Assembly (NCBI GenBank): GCA_963701025.1
Contig: OY969557.1
Span: 106,405 to 170,404, forward strand
Reading direction: 5' to 3'
DNA: 64,000 nt
DNA from: an uncultured bacterium
Lineage (GTDB): Bacteria > Patescibacteriota > Minisyncoccia > Phycocordibacterales > PALSA-1337
Shown one piece after another: positions 49,301-58,200 of the stretch. Numbering within the stretch: the first letter of the stretch is position 1; each line of letters begins with the position of its first letter. Below the pieces are notes generated by a model that was not told the origin of the DNA, did not search any database, and saw only the letters and a list, made by a program, of their open reading frames with translations. Made by a program: the position numbers and the translations under genes.

Positions 49301-50996
49301 CAGTATTGATGGATATAGGCATTACAACAATGGTGTCATGAATCCCGATTGCGAGGTCAATGCCGGCCCCGGCAATCCATTCCCCCAATCAGTCTGTTCC
49401 ACAATGCTTACCTTGTTGCCAGATGTCGGCACAACCGAGCAGATATATGCGGGAACTAGCACATATGCTATTCAGGTGAGCAACTTGAATGGCGGACCGA
49501 AACAATACAATGACGGCAGCCAAGATCCCTACTACTTCGGCCAAACCGTCTTTCAGGTGCTGGGCAATGGAACTATGAACATTCTCGGAAACTTCACCAT
49601 AGGCACGACCACCGCCACCACAACTAATGACGGCAATCAGGCTCAACCCCCTTCACCCAATCCGTTCTCTATCTACGCCACGTCCACTGGTGCTTTCTTG
49701 TTTGGAGTTACGCAGGCTGGAAATGTTGGCATCGGTACGAGCTCGCCTTCAAACGCTCTAGAAGTGGCGGGCAATGGTTTCTTCTCTGGTAATCTCACTG
49801 GCACCAATCTGACGGCGACGGGCACTTTGGCTGTGACTTCAACCACAACGACTGGCGGGCTTTCTGTCGGTTCGCTTTCCGGATTGCTCCTTGGCACAAG
49901 CGGAGCGGTGTCGGCCACAACTTCTATTAGTAATTCATATCTGACAAATTCGACTATCAGTGGCATATCTCTAGGATCTAACCTCTCGTCTCTCACTGCC
50001 ACCGACAACACTCTGACTTTTTCCGGTTCATATAATGGAAGCACGGCACAGACGGTCGGCCTCAATCTCGGTAATGCGAATACATGGACCGCACTGCAGA
50101 CGTTCAATAACGGCCTCATATCGCTGGCCAGCTCGACCATGACCAATCTCGTCGTCGGACTTTCCACGACCACGAGCGCTACCACGACTAATTTTGCCAT
50201 CAAAGGCATCACCAATTCATTCCTCGCCACGAATGCGAACGGAACCGTCATCGCCACATCTGCGCCGAGCGGAGGTTCTCTCTCGGGCGGTGTTGCTAAT
50301 TGGCTCACCTATTGGACAGGAGCAGGAACAGTCGGCGCCACATCGAGTCCGACCGTCGGCTATCTCACCGCTACATCCACGACCGCCACGAACTACTTTG
50401 GCGGCAATCTGCAAGTCGGCCAATGCGTCACGGGCGACACGAAACTGCGCCGTCGCCGCAAAAATAAAAAGGCTGGTGCTGGAACTGGCGCTGGAACGGG
50501 CGACGATGACGAGTTTGAGGATGTCCGCATCGACGAGATCGGCGAAGGTGACGAGATACTGACCTTCGACGCCATGATGGGCTCGTTCAAGGCATCCAAA
50601 GTCCACCGAGTCGTCTACGCTGGCCTGCGACCTATCATCCAGATCGAGACAAAGGGCGGCTCGACCATACGGACGACCGAAGAGCATCCGTATTTCGTGC
50701 GGATCGAAAAGACCGCGTCCGGCATCCCCAACTATTTCAACGGCGGCGCATGGAAAGCAGTCGGCGCTCTCGCGCCTGGAATAGATATCGCCGTTCTCGG
50801 AGCCGATGGACAGCCTGTCTGGGATACCATCGTCTCCCTGGAGAAATTACCGGAAGAGAAAGTCTACGACATCGAAGTCGCCGGCACGCATTCGTTCGTC
50901 GGCAACGGCATCGTCGCCCACAATACGGCGTTCTATGTGGATATGGCGGATCAACGGATCGGAATAGGGAATAGTAGTACCGACGCATGCGATTGA
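46350..50996 (+). CDS. giant (1548 aa) tail-fibre-like surface protein: N-terminal Xis-type HTH, TM helix, Gly/Ser/Thr-rich fibre repeats, C-terminal Hint domain
   Basis: N-terminal HTH (ISSRRAAEIARYSQDYIGQLCRSGQVAGKRIGKIWFV), TM helix LFATFALCLLSGYSVAYALAGY, recurring (R/N)(L/V/I)GIG(S/T)SSP..L.V.G and GGTGTSTAPSYGQLLVGN repeats. Hint blocks are listed under 50424..50924. Confidence 0.7.
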   Translation: MRDSIEIEDHQYISSRRAAEIARYSQDYIGQLCRSGQVAGKRIGKIWFVDQDSLFQHVQKYSIPVSSQISSGSVPSFLPELKKSKLTETDPLNEVPIRPPINAPPAPVFIRDIITGPGAKLFATFALCLLSGYSVAYALAGYEPAVSAYGRATDATTAYVSGLVSPYANVIAETMPRSLDTASVFDAVGSWWQGVSGAVRTGVLTFLGIGDSSGSVATSTAPTVASSYINVYPSGTTTIIRQVVQAPGQTIVTQNSSNQGLIQNLADRLSALTSAFNAFQALQTLQNQHVSVSYPASTQTIVSSGGGSSGTVTSVDVSGGSTGLSFSGGPVTTSGTIVLDGTLDTVNGGTGTSTAPSYGQLLVGNTAGGYNLLATSSLGITGGGGSGTVNAGTAGQLAYYASNGMTVSGIATSSLNINTDNLVQGVTNLFYSNSLVNSFVNSSSTIPKTYTANAFSGNQTFNGSVNATNGLTANALSVGSLSGILYGTAGSVGTIATSSLNLSIPLASTTGILAIGNGGTSTSTSPTYGQLLVGNAAGGYDLLATSSLGLNLTSLSGTLSVASGGTGQTTYTDGQLLIGNSSNSSLTKATLTGTANEIGIANGNGSITLSTPQPIGTASTPTFASTTLSNFTAGSIPFFASGGSLAQNNANFFWDNVNNRLGIGSSTPGFSLSVNGAGYFGGNLTAAGGLTVSGNTSLANIASSSVLFAGAGGLLSGSPNFTFDGTTASAAGLLVTPAIYTGSQVSGLSATTTLDDDNGNWTNNGTTLLWSVTPYTITSDGLYVYGNTVNSSLVLSVNGHASNGNHNIDLDFSWNAASGATGYIVSITKDPQLLTAYPYNSYATTVTSSVADINTNFSALATSSSASSIFSSSMSGATAINGSNLTINVATTTIAGTNLYVNTPIATFGGEIAGSGPLGTTTFAGPVVINQNAVRSAAQTNKAILSVNGNGNNEAYDLLDLYNTANQTGTSFVAGGGMLSNAYISIDGYRHYNNGVMNPDCEVNAGPGNPFPQSVCSTMLTLLPDVGTTEQIYAGTSTYAIQVSNLNGGPKQYNDGSQDPYYFGQTVFQVLGNGTMNILGNFTIGTTTATTTNDGNQAQPPSPNPFSIYATSTGAFLFGVTQAGNVGIGTSSPSNALEVAGNGFFSGNLTGTNLTATGTLAVTSTTTTGGLSVGSLSGLLLGTSGAVSATTSISNSYLTNSTISGISLGSNLSSLTATDNTLTFSGSYNGSTAQTVGLNLGNANTWTALQTFNNGLISLASSTMTNLVVGLSTTTSATTTNFAIKGITNSFLATNANGTVIATSAPSGGSLSGGVANWLTYWTGAGTVGATSSPTVGYLTATSTTATNYFGGNLQVGQCVTGDTKLRRRRKNKKAGAGTGAGTGDDDEFEDVRIDEIGEGDEILTFDAMMGSFKASKVHRVVYAGLRPIIQIETKGGSTIRTTEEHPYFVRIEKTASGIPNYFNGGAWKAVGALAPGIDIAVLGADGQPVWDTIVSLEKLPEEKVYDIEVAGTHSFVGNGIVAHNTAFYVDMADQRIGIGNSSTDACD
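50424..50924 (+). other. Hint (intein / bacterial intein-like) domain, 167 aa, Cys1 ... His-Asn plus Thr(+1)
   Basis: Block A CVTGDT, block B GSTIRTTEEHPYFV (TxxH), block F KVYDIEVAGTHSFVGNG, block G IVAHN|T. No endonuclease domain. A basic/acidic loop (KLRRRRKNKKAGAGTGAGTGDDDEFED) is inserted after block A. Confidence 0.75.
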
Positions 50997-51167
50997 CCTT
51001 TCTGGTTCTGACGCAGAAATCCATAATAACGCCGGCAACATTAGTCTTAACACTGGCCCTAGCGGTATTAATAGCAGTGATGATGCTATATCCAGTACCT
51101 GTGGCCGGATATAACTCTTAATCGAATGGTGATGGTAGTCGTGTGAACATCCCAGACATACGACAAA

Positions 51168-52445
51168 TTGCGAAAACACGGCGAAGCCCTTGGTACTGAT
51201 TCGAGTGGAAAGATTTTCTGCTTCAACATCCCGCTTTCGGATGAACGGCTCAAGACCGGTATCACAACATTGGGAGGCACTGACGGCCTAGCGGCCGTGA
51301 ATGCCTTGAACCCAGTTTCCTTCTACTGGAAGGATCCGTCCATACCCGGAACAGGAGGGACCGGCCAGCAATTCGGCTTCATCGCCCAACAGGTGGCTGG
51401 CGTATTGCCGAATCTCGTCGGCACTACTTCTCCGACCGCGCTCACGCCGGGACAGACCTACATCCTGAACTATCAAGGCATCATCCCCGTTTTGGCGAAG
51501 GCCATCCAGGAACAGCAGGGCGAGATAGTCACCGCTTCATCGAGCTTGTCCGTTCTGACCATCGGCCAGACGACGCTGGCCTCGTCCGCTTCGACCACTG
51601 CCCTGTCGCTCTCTTCGCTCGCCGCGCAGGTGCAGTCGTTGTCGCTCGCTTTGAACACCGCCTCGAGCACCACGAACGGTCTGTTGGTACAGATCGCCGC
51701 GCTCACATCAACTACGACGCTCGCTTCTACTACCGCCGCGATCGCTTCTTCCACTGCTTCGACGCTCTCGGTTTCCTCCTCGTTCATCCAGACCATCGCT
51801 AACGCCGTCGTCGCTCTGCTCCAGTCGAGCGGGCAAGCCATACAGACGGCAGGGAAGTGGGCCGTCGGCGAGATTGATGCAACGCTCGCCGTCTTCACCG
51901 ACGTAAAGACGGGCTCGATCGAAACGCAGACTGCATCGGTGGCGAACGGCATCGAGATGACAGACTCGGCGACAGGACAGGTCTATTGCGTCAGGATAAC
52001 GAACGGCGATCTGACCAGGACGCTCGGAATATGCACGGTTACAGCTACGACGACAGCGCAGACGGTGCAACCGGTTCAAGCGCCGAGTTTCAATAGTCAA
52101 GCCTCAAGCAATAACCAAGAACCAAACACCAATAACCAAGCGAGCACGACTACTTCAAGCACCATATCGGCGACTTCAACCTCAACCCCGGCTTCGACTC
52201 CAGCGCCGATCCCGTCGAGCGTGACTGCGACGAGCACGACACAAACTTCCACTACCTCTACTGCTACAGATGCCGCATCGACGCCGACTTCGTCGACGCC
52301 TCCGGCTCAAACTGGAAGCCCGGCTGATGCTTCAGTTGGCACGGCTGATTCGACACCGCCATCAACTCCAGCTTCGACAGCGTCCGATTCATCAGCCGGA
52401 GCCTCCGCGCCTCCGGCTTCCGGCGATTCCACGACGAGTCCGTAG
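51168..52445 (+). CDS. protein with an N-terminal phage tail-fibre intramolecular-chaperone (peptidase S74-like) domain and a Ser/Thr/Pro-rich C-terminal region
   Basis: SDERLKTGI..NPVSFYWKD..QQFGFIAQQVAGVLPNLV matches the SDxRxK...GfiAQev..v.P.lV pattern of endosialidase/tail-spike C-terminal chaperone domains. It starts with TTG in the same frame as the giant gene, separated from it by stop codons. Confidence 0.5.
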   Translation: MRKHGEALGTDSSGKIFCFNIPLSDERLKTGITTLGGTDGLAAVNALNPVSFYWKDPSIPGTGGTGQQFGFIAQQVAGVLPNLVGTTSPTALTPGQTYILNYQGIIPVLAKAIQEQQGEIVTASSSLSVLTIGQTTLASSASTTALSLSSLAAQVQSLSLALNTASSTTNGLLVQIAALTSTTTLASTTAAIASSTASTLSVSSSFIQTIANAVVALLQSSGQAIQTAGKWAVGEIDATLAVFTDVKTGSIETQTASVANGIEMTDSATGQVYCVRITNGDLTRTLGICTVTATTTAQTVQPVQAPSFNSQASSNNQEPNTNNQASTTTSSTISATSTSTPASTPAPIPSSVTATSTTQTSTTSTATDAASTPTSSTPPAQTGSPADASVGTADSTPPSTPASTASDSSAGASAPPASGDSTTSP

Positions 52446-52489
52446 CATGAATTTGACTAAATATGAGGTATGATGATACCATAAATTAA

Positions 52490-53614
52490 ATGAAATTTAA
52501 GAGAAAACAAAGCATTGCTTCATCCTTGGAACCCAAACGAGTTTTGGTTATTTATGGTCCACGACGAGTCGGTAAGACCACCTTGCTTAATGAATATATA
52601 AAGACGCAATCCGATAAAAAGGCGTATGTTTCAACCGGCGATGATATTCAATTGCGAAAAATATTCCAATCCGAGGAAAGAGACAGGATCCTTGAGTTTG
52701 CCAGGCCGTATGAAATTATTGCCATAGATGAAGCGCAATTCATCCCCTCGATCGGACTCGGAGCAAAAATGATGATCGACGCTTTTCCGGAAAAGAATAT
52801 CATTCTGACGGGGTCATCTTCGCTTGACCTGTCAAATAAAATCGGGGAGCCGTTGACAGGGCGCCATTTCACTCTGACCCTGTTGCCGTTTTCTCAAGGA
52901 GAAATAGAGACTGGTCGGGTCGAACTCGGGTGGGACATCGAGAACTTTCTCTTATACGGATCCTATCCCGAAGTGTTAAACGAACCCGACGCCGAAAAAA
53001 AGAAGAAAATATTGATTGAGCTCGTTTCATCGTATCTATTCAAGGACGCCCTTGCGCTGGAGGCCGTGCGTTCTCCCGATACTCTCCTCAATATCGCCAA
53101 ATGCCTGGCTTTTCAGGTTGGTAATGAGGTATCCGTGAATGAAATTGCCAAGACGGCCGGAACTGATGTCAAGACGACCGCCAAGTATCTGGATCTTCTC
53201 CAAAAGATGTTCATCATAAAGAAGATAAGAGGTTTCAGCCGAAATCTGAGGAATGAGATATCCAAGAAAGCCAAATATTATTTTCTGGATAACGGCGTTA
53301 GGAATGCCATCATATCGCAATTCAACCCGCTGTCCCTGCGCGATGATATCGGAGCCCTGTGGGAGAATTTTATCTTCATGGAATTAGTGAAGAGAAGCAT
53401 GATCAAAGAAAGATTCGATAATTATTATTTTTGGCGCACCCATACGGGTCAAGAGATCGATATAATACAAGAATCAGACGGCGTGTTGACGGCTATTGAG
53501 TGCAAATGGTCGAAAGGCCGGTCTTTTCCGCCGCCTCTGTGGAGCGAATCGTATCCTGAATCCTCATTTCGCGTCATTGATCGGGGCAATTATCTTGATG
53601 CCCTTTTGACCTGA
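52490..53614 (+). CDS. AAA_14/DUF4143-family ATP-binding protein
   Basis: VLVIYGPRRVGKTTLL (P-loop), IIAIDEAQ (Walker B), and a C-terminal region typical of DUF4143 proteins. Low GC. Confidence 0.55.
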   Translation: MKFKRKQSIASSLEPKRVLVIYGPRRVGKTTLLNEYIKTQSDKKAYVSTGDDIQLRKIFQSEERDRILEFARPYEIIAIDEAQFIPSIGLGAKMMIDAFPEKNIILTGSSSLDLSNKIGEPLTGRHFTLTLLPFSQGEIETGRVELGWDIENFLLYGSYPEVLNEPDAEKKKKILIELVSSYLFKDALALEAVRSPDTLLNIAKCLAFQVGNEVSVNEIAKTAGTDVKTTAKYLDLLQKMFIIKKIRGFSRNLRNEISKKAKYYFLDNGVRNAIISQFNPLSLRDDIGALWENFIFMELVKRSMIKERFDNYYFWRTHTGQEIDIIQESDGVLTAIECKWSKGRSFPPPLWSESYPESSFRVIDRGNYLDALLT

Positions 53615-53746
53615 TTTTAAATTGACGCAATTAACCAAAAAAGCATAGACATCCATTTTTATGAGATTCAGAATGCCATGCCGATGAAACGTGTATTCCT
53701 TGAACAGGTCGATTTTGCCGTAAGCAATTATTTTTTGTGACCCATT

Positions 53747-54385
53747 ATGAAAAAACCAGCACAAAACTCTTTGGCCATCTTTGAAACGTATAAAATCCGT
53801 CGCGTCTATGACGAACAGAAAGAAACGTGGTATTTTAGTGTGGTTGACATTATCCAAGCTCTGATTCAACAAGACGATCATACAACTGCCAGAAAATACT
53901 GGAATAAGCTCAAGGAAAGGCTTGTAAAAGAGGGAAATCAGTCGGTGTCAAATTGTCACCAACTGAAATTCATGGCCAGCGATGGCAAGTATTACACGAC
54001 AGACGCCGCCGATGTGGAAACTTTGTTGCGCCTGATCCAGTCCGTTCCGAGCAAAAAGGCCGAACCGATCAAGCTGTGGCTAGCGCGCGTCGGCTATGAA
54101 AGGATGCAGGAGATGAATGATCCGGAAATAGCTTTGAATCGCAGCCGCTCGTATTGGCAAAAGCAGGGCAGGAGCGGAAAGTGGATACAGCAAAGGATGA
54201 TGGGTCAAGAGATCAGGAACAAGCTCACTGATTATTGGGGCGAACATGACGTGAAAAAGGGTGACGAGTTTGCCATCCTCACCAATATCATCCACCAGGA
54301 ATGGAGCGACTTGTCAGTAAGGACGCGAGAATCGCCCTGGAAGAAAAGATCGGCAAGAGCGTTGTCACAGGTCAAAATCTTTTAG
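53747..54385 (+). CDS. Bro-N domain protein (DinD / phage antirepressor-like)
   Basis: LAIFETYKIRRVYDEQKETWYFSVVDIIQAL fits the Bro-N pattern F....iR.v..dge.WF...Dv. The rest resembles DinD-family proteins. Confidence 0.45.
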   Translation: MKKPAQNSLAIFETYKIRRVYDEQKETWYFSVVDIIQALIQQDDHTTARKYWNKLKERLVKEGNQSVSNCHQLKFMASDGKYYTTDAADVETLLRLIQSVPSKKAEPIKLWLARVGYERMQEMNDPEIALNRSRSYWQKQGRSGKWIQQRMMGQEIRNKLTDYWGEHDVKKGDEFAILTNIIHQEWSDLSVRTRESPWKKRSARALSQVKIF

Positions 54386-54450
54386 TAAAATCAAAAAATG
54401 CGCAGTAATGATTGAATCGTAAACTAATAAATAACTCCCTTTTTATCTTT

Positions 54451-55077
54451 ATGAAAGTCCTCGTCATCGTCTATGTCAAAGATACCGGCGACATCGTTCC
54501 CGGATGCTTGGAGGCGATCCATGCGCAGGACTACCGCGACTTTACCCTGCTCGTCCACGAAATGAAGGCGATCCCCTTGAACGACTCCCCCCAAAAGAAC
54601 AAATCGGAGAATATCACCCGCAACCGCAATTACGTGCGGCCGATGGCACTGGCGAGCGGCGCCGAGTGGATCATGTGGATCGACAGCGACGTCATCATCC
54701 CCCCGAACGCCATTTCCGATTTCATGAAGTGCGCCGACGAGAAAGGCTCTAAGCTCATGGGCGGATGGTACAAAAAGATAAACAGCCCCGACTGGGTCGC
54801 CTGCCGATGGATCAAGCCGGGCGTCGTGCGCTATTTCAAAGAGCCGGTCAAGGGCGTGATCGAAGCCGATCTCGTCGGCATCGGATGCTCGATGATGCAT
54901 CGGAGCGTACTCCAAAAGCTCGAATTCAGGACGGCGGTGGAGGAATACAACAAGGACGAAGCCGGTAACACCTATTATACCGGCAATTGTTTTTCGTTCT
55001 GCGAGGATGCAAAAGCTCTCGGCGTGCGGCCGTATCTCGTTGGTTCTATTGTCTGTGAGCATGTTGTTCCGAGATAG
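54451..55077 (+). CDS. glycosyltransferase family 2-like (GT-A fold) protein
   Basis: N-terminal beta-alpha-beta (KVLVIVYVKD), DxD region (MWIDSDVIIP). Weak assignment; Met at 54451 taken as start. Confidence 0.4.
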   Translation: MKVLVIVYVKDTGDIVPGCLEAIHAQDYRDFTLLVHEMKAIPLNDSPQKNKSENITRNRNYVRPMALASGAEWIMWIDSDVIIPPNAISDFMKCADEKGSKLMGGWYKKINSPDWVACRWIKPGVVRYFKEPVKGVIEADLVGIGCSMMHRSVLQKLEFRTAVEEYNKDEAGNTYYTGNCFSFCEDAKALGVRPYLVGSIVCEHVVPR

Positions 55078-55219
55078 GCCTATATTTAGGCGCATCTCGG
55101 ATGTTCTCGTCTCCAGACTGGAGGCTTTTTTTGTTTCATCAAACACATATTTATCAATGTTTTATAATATACTTTATTTTCTACGCTAAGATTACTTTGC
55201 CTCGGCCGTCTCATCAGGT

Positions 55220-58200
55220 ATGTACACCGAACTTGCGTTGGCGGTAATCCACAGAGGAATGCGGAGCTTTCCTGATACAATTAATGCCGACAATTATCCA
55301 AAAGGAAATAATCCACACATTATCATGCAACAACAGCAAGGCGGGTTCTCGAGCAGCGTTCTTCTGGCGCTCCTCCTTCTCGTGGCCGCGGCGGGAGCAG
55401 TCGTCCTGACTCTCTCTGGCCAGAATAACGGTTCGCTCTTCTCCTCGGTGCCTCCCTCGACGCAAGTGGCTCAAGTGGCCGCTCCGACATCTGGCCTTGT
55501 GGCTCATTGGACGTTTGATGACGGGTCCGGTACGACAGCCTCCGACTCTTCCGGCAGTGGAAACTCTCTGGCCCTTACCAATGCGTCATGGACGACGGGC
55601 AAGATCGGGGGGGGCGCCTCGTTCAACGGCACGAGTGCCTACGGCAAGCTCAATAGTTTGAACTTGACCGGCCAGGCCGCCTCGATATCTTTCTGGATGA
55701 ATGAGAGCTCATACTCGACGCATCAGACGATATTCGAAGATTCGACCAACCTCAACAATTCTTCGACCGGTTTTGGTTTTTACCAGAGCGACACGTCGAC
55801 GTGTGGAGCTAACATGCTCCAGATCGCCCTCCAGGGCAATGTCGACTATAACATCAAATGCTTCACTCCTCCCTCCGCAGGCTGGCATCACTACGTCGCC
55901 ATTTACGACAAGAGCCAAGCGGCGGCGGGCGAGATCAGTCTCTACATAGATGGCGTTCTCCAGACATCGACCAGTCAGCCGTACGCCGGAGCCAACACGA
56001 ATTCTTTTGGCGCAAATCCGTTCTATCTCATGTCGCGCGACGGTTCCTCGGAGTTTGGAGCGGGAACTCTGGACGATTTCCACATCTATAGCCGTGCGCT
56101 TTCGGCTTCGGATGTCCAGTCTCTCTATACGTACACCAGCAGTAATCCACCCGTGACGTACAGTCTTAGCGTGACAAAATCGGGGACCGGTAGCGGCACG
56201 ATTTCCGGAGGTTCGATCTCTTGCGGTTCCACATGCAGTCAGAGCGGCATAGCCGCCAACACTGTTGTCTCTCTGACCGAATCGCCCGCTTCGGGTTCGA
56301 CGTTTGCAGGCTGGGGCGGCTCATGCTCCGGCACGGCTACCTCCTGCTCGGTGACGGTGACTGCCAATACTTCGGTATCCGCGACCTTCACCACTCAAAC
56401 GACTACAACCAATCCTCCGGTCATCTCTGGTATTTCGGCTTCGTCGATCACTTCATCAGGAGCCACGATCAATTGGACGACCGACGAGCAATCAAGTTCA
56501 CAAGTCAATTACGGTTTGACCACGGCCTATGGCAGTAATACCGCCCTTAACAGCACCCTATCTACTTCACACAGCACTTCACTTTCAAGTCTCCAAGCCA
56601 ACACGGTCTATCACTACCAAGTCGTCTCAACGAATTCTTCAAGCCAGTCGTCGCAATCCGCCGATCAAACATTCACCACTTCTGCCTCAACGATTTCCAC
56701 CTACACCATCACCGCTTCAGCGGGAGCGAATGGTTCCATCTCTCCTTCAGGTTCCGTCTCGGTCAATTCCGGTTCTGCTCAATCTTTCACCATCGTTCCT
56801 TCGAGCGGCTATCAAGTATCAAGCGTGACCGTCGATGGTTCCAGCGTCGGAGCAGTCACAAGTTATTCATTCTCCAACGTCACAACGAATCACACGATCA
56901 GTACGACGTTCAGCGCCAACACGGCCGCCGACACGACGTCTCCAACCGTACCGGCCGGTCTTACCGCCACGACTGTCTCATCGAGCCAGATAGGTCTCTC
57001 GTGGAGCGCTTCGACTGATCCGACTGTCTCCGGTCAAACCACTAGCGGCCTCGCTGGCTACAAGATATACAGAGGAGGAACGCAGATCGCCACGGTCGTC
57101 GGCACTACGTATCAGGATACTGGTTTGGCACAGTCCACGGCGTATACATACACCGTGGCCGCATATGACAATGCCGGCAACACGTCGGCCCAATCATCGT
57201 CTGCTTCGGCTACCACCCAAACAGGCACTGTCGGCACGGGCGGTTGCGACGGAGCGGGAAATTGTTATGTCAATATGGGCTCAACCGGCAACGGCAGTAG
57301 CTGGAGCAACGCCTATGGCTCTCTACCGTCCAGTCTTGTCCGCGGCGTCACATATTGGGTTGCAGGCGCTTCAACAGACTATCCGGCTCATACGTTCGCT
57401 GATGCGCAATCAGGCACCAGCCTGATCACCGTACGCAAAGCGAGCGCCGCGAATCACGGCACGAATACCGGATGGCAGACAGCCTACGGAACAGGGCAAG
57501 CCATATTCGCCGCCCCAATGATATTCAATACGGGTTATTACACCATCGACGGCCAGTATCGCGCGAGTATGACGAGCGGCTGGGGCATCCAAGTCGACGG
57601 ATACAATCACAAGCAAGACGCCTATAATACGTTCAGTCCAGACACCGTCACTGTCGGATGGAGCGCCGCGGCCAACAATGTCACCCTGTCCTATGTAGAA
57701 GTCAACGGCTCCCATGATAGGACGGGCGCCGCTAACCAGAGCGTCCCGCCGCTTTGGACAGATAACGGGGTCAGCATATATAACTCTTCGTCCAATACCA
57801 CCATACAATATTCCGGCATACACGATACCGGTCTATGCAGCCTCTACATCAACGCGGCCAACGCTCCCGGCACTGTTAATACCATTCTCCAATACAGCTG
57901 GCTCAATCGCACCCAGTATTCCATCAATTATGCCCACTCCGAAGGCATAGCCGGACAATCTGGCACGAACGGTCTCACGGTGCGCTACAACGTCTTCCAG
58001 GATATCGAGGGAACTGCCAACATTGCCACGCCTTCAGGCGGTCACAACACCTCGACCAACTGGTATATCTACGGCAATGTTTTCTACTTCACCCCCGGCA
58101 ACGCCAGCTTGCCCGTGAGCACCAGAGAGCAAGGCGACGGTGACGGCGTTCTCGGCATATTCGATTTCACATCGACGGGTGACTTTGCCTTCTATAACAA

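Noticed and set aside
46360-50687. Numerous antisense or alternative-frame ORFs inside the two giant genes (for example 47135..47527, 47936..48514, 49673..50308, 57410..57823, 59908..60354)
   Set aside because: High-GC repetitive coding sequence generates long open frames on the opposite strand. The sense-strand domain architecture (fibre repeats, Hint, FN3, PG-binding) identifies the real frame.
50997-51167. Possibility that the giant Hint-containing ORF simply reads through into the S74-domain ORF
   Set aside because: Although both are in frame 0, in-frame stops occur at 50994, 51009, 51024 and 51144. They are separate ORFs in this sequence; any ancestral continuity is only an inference, listed as a finding.
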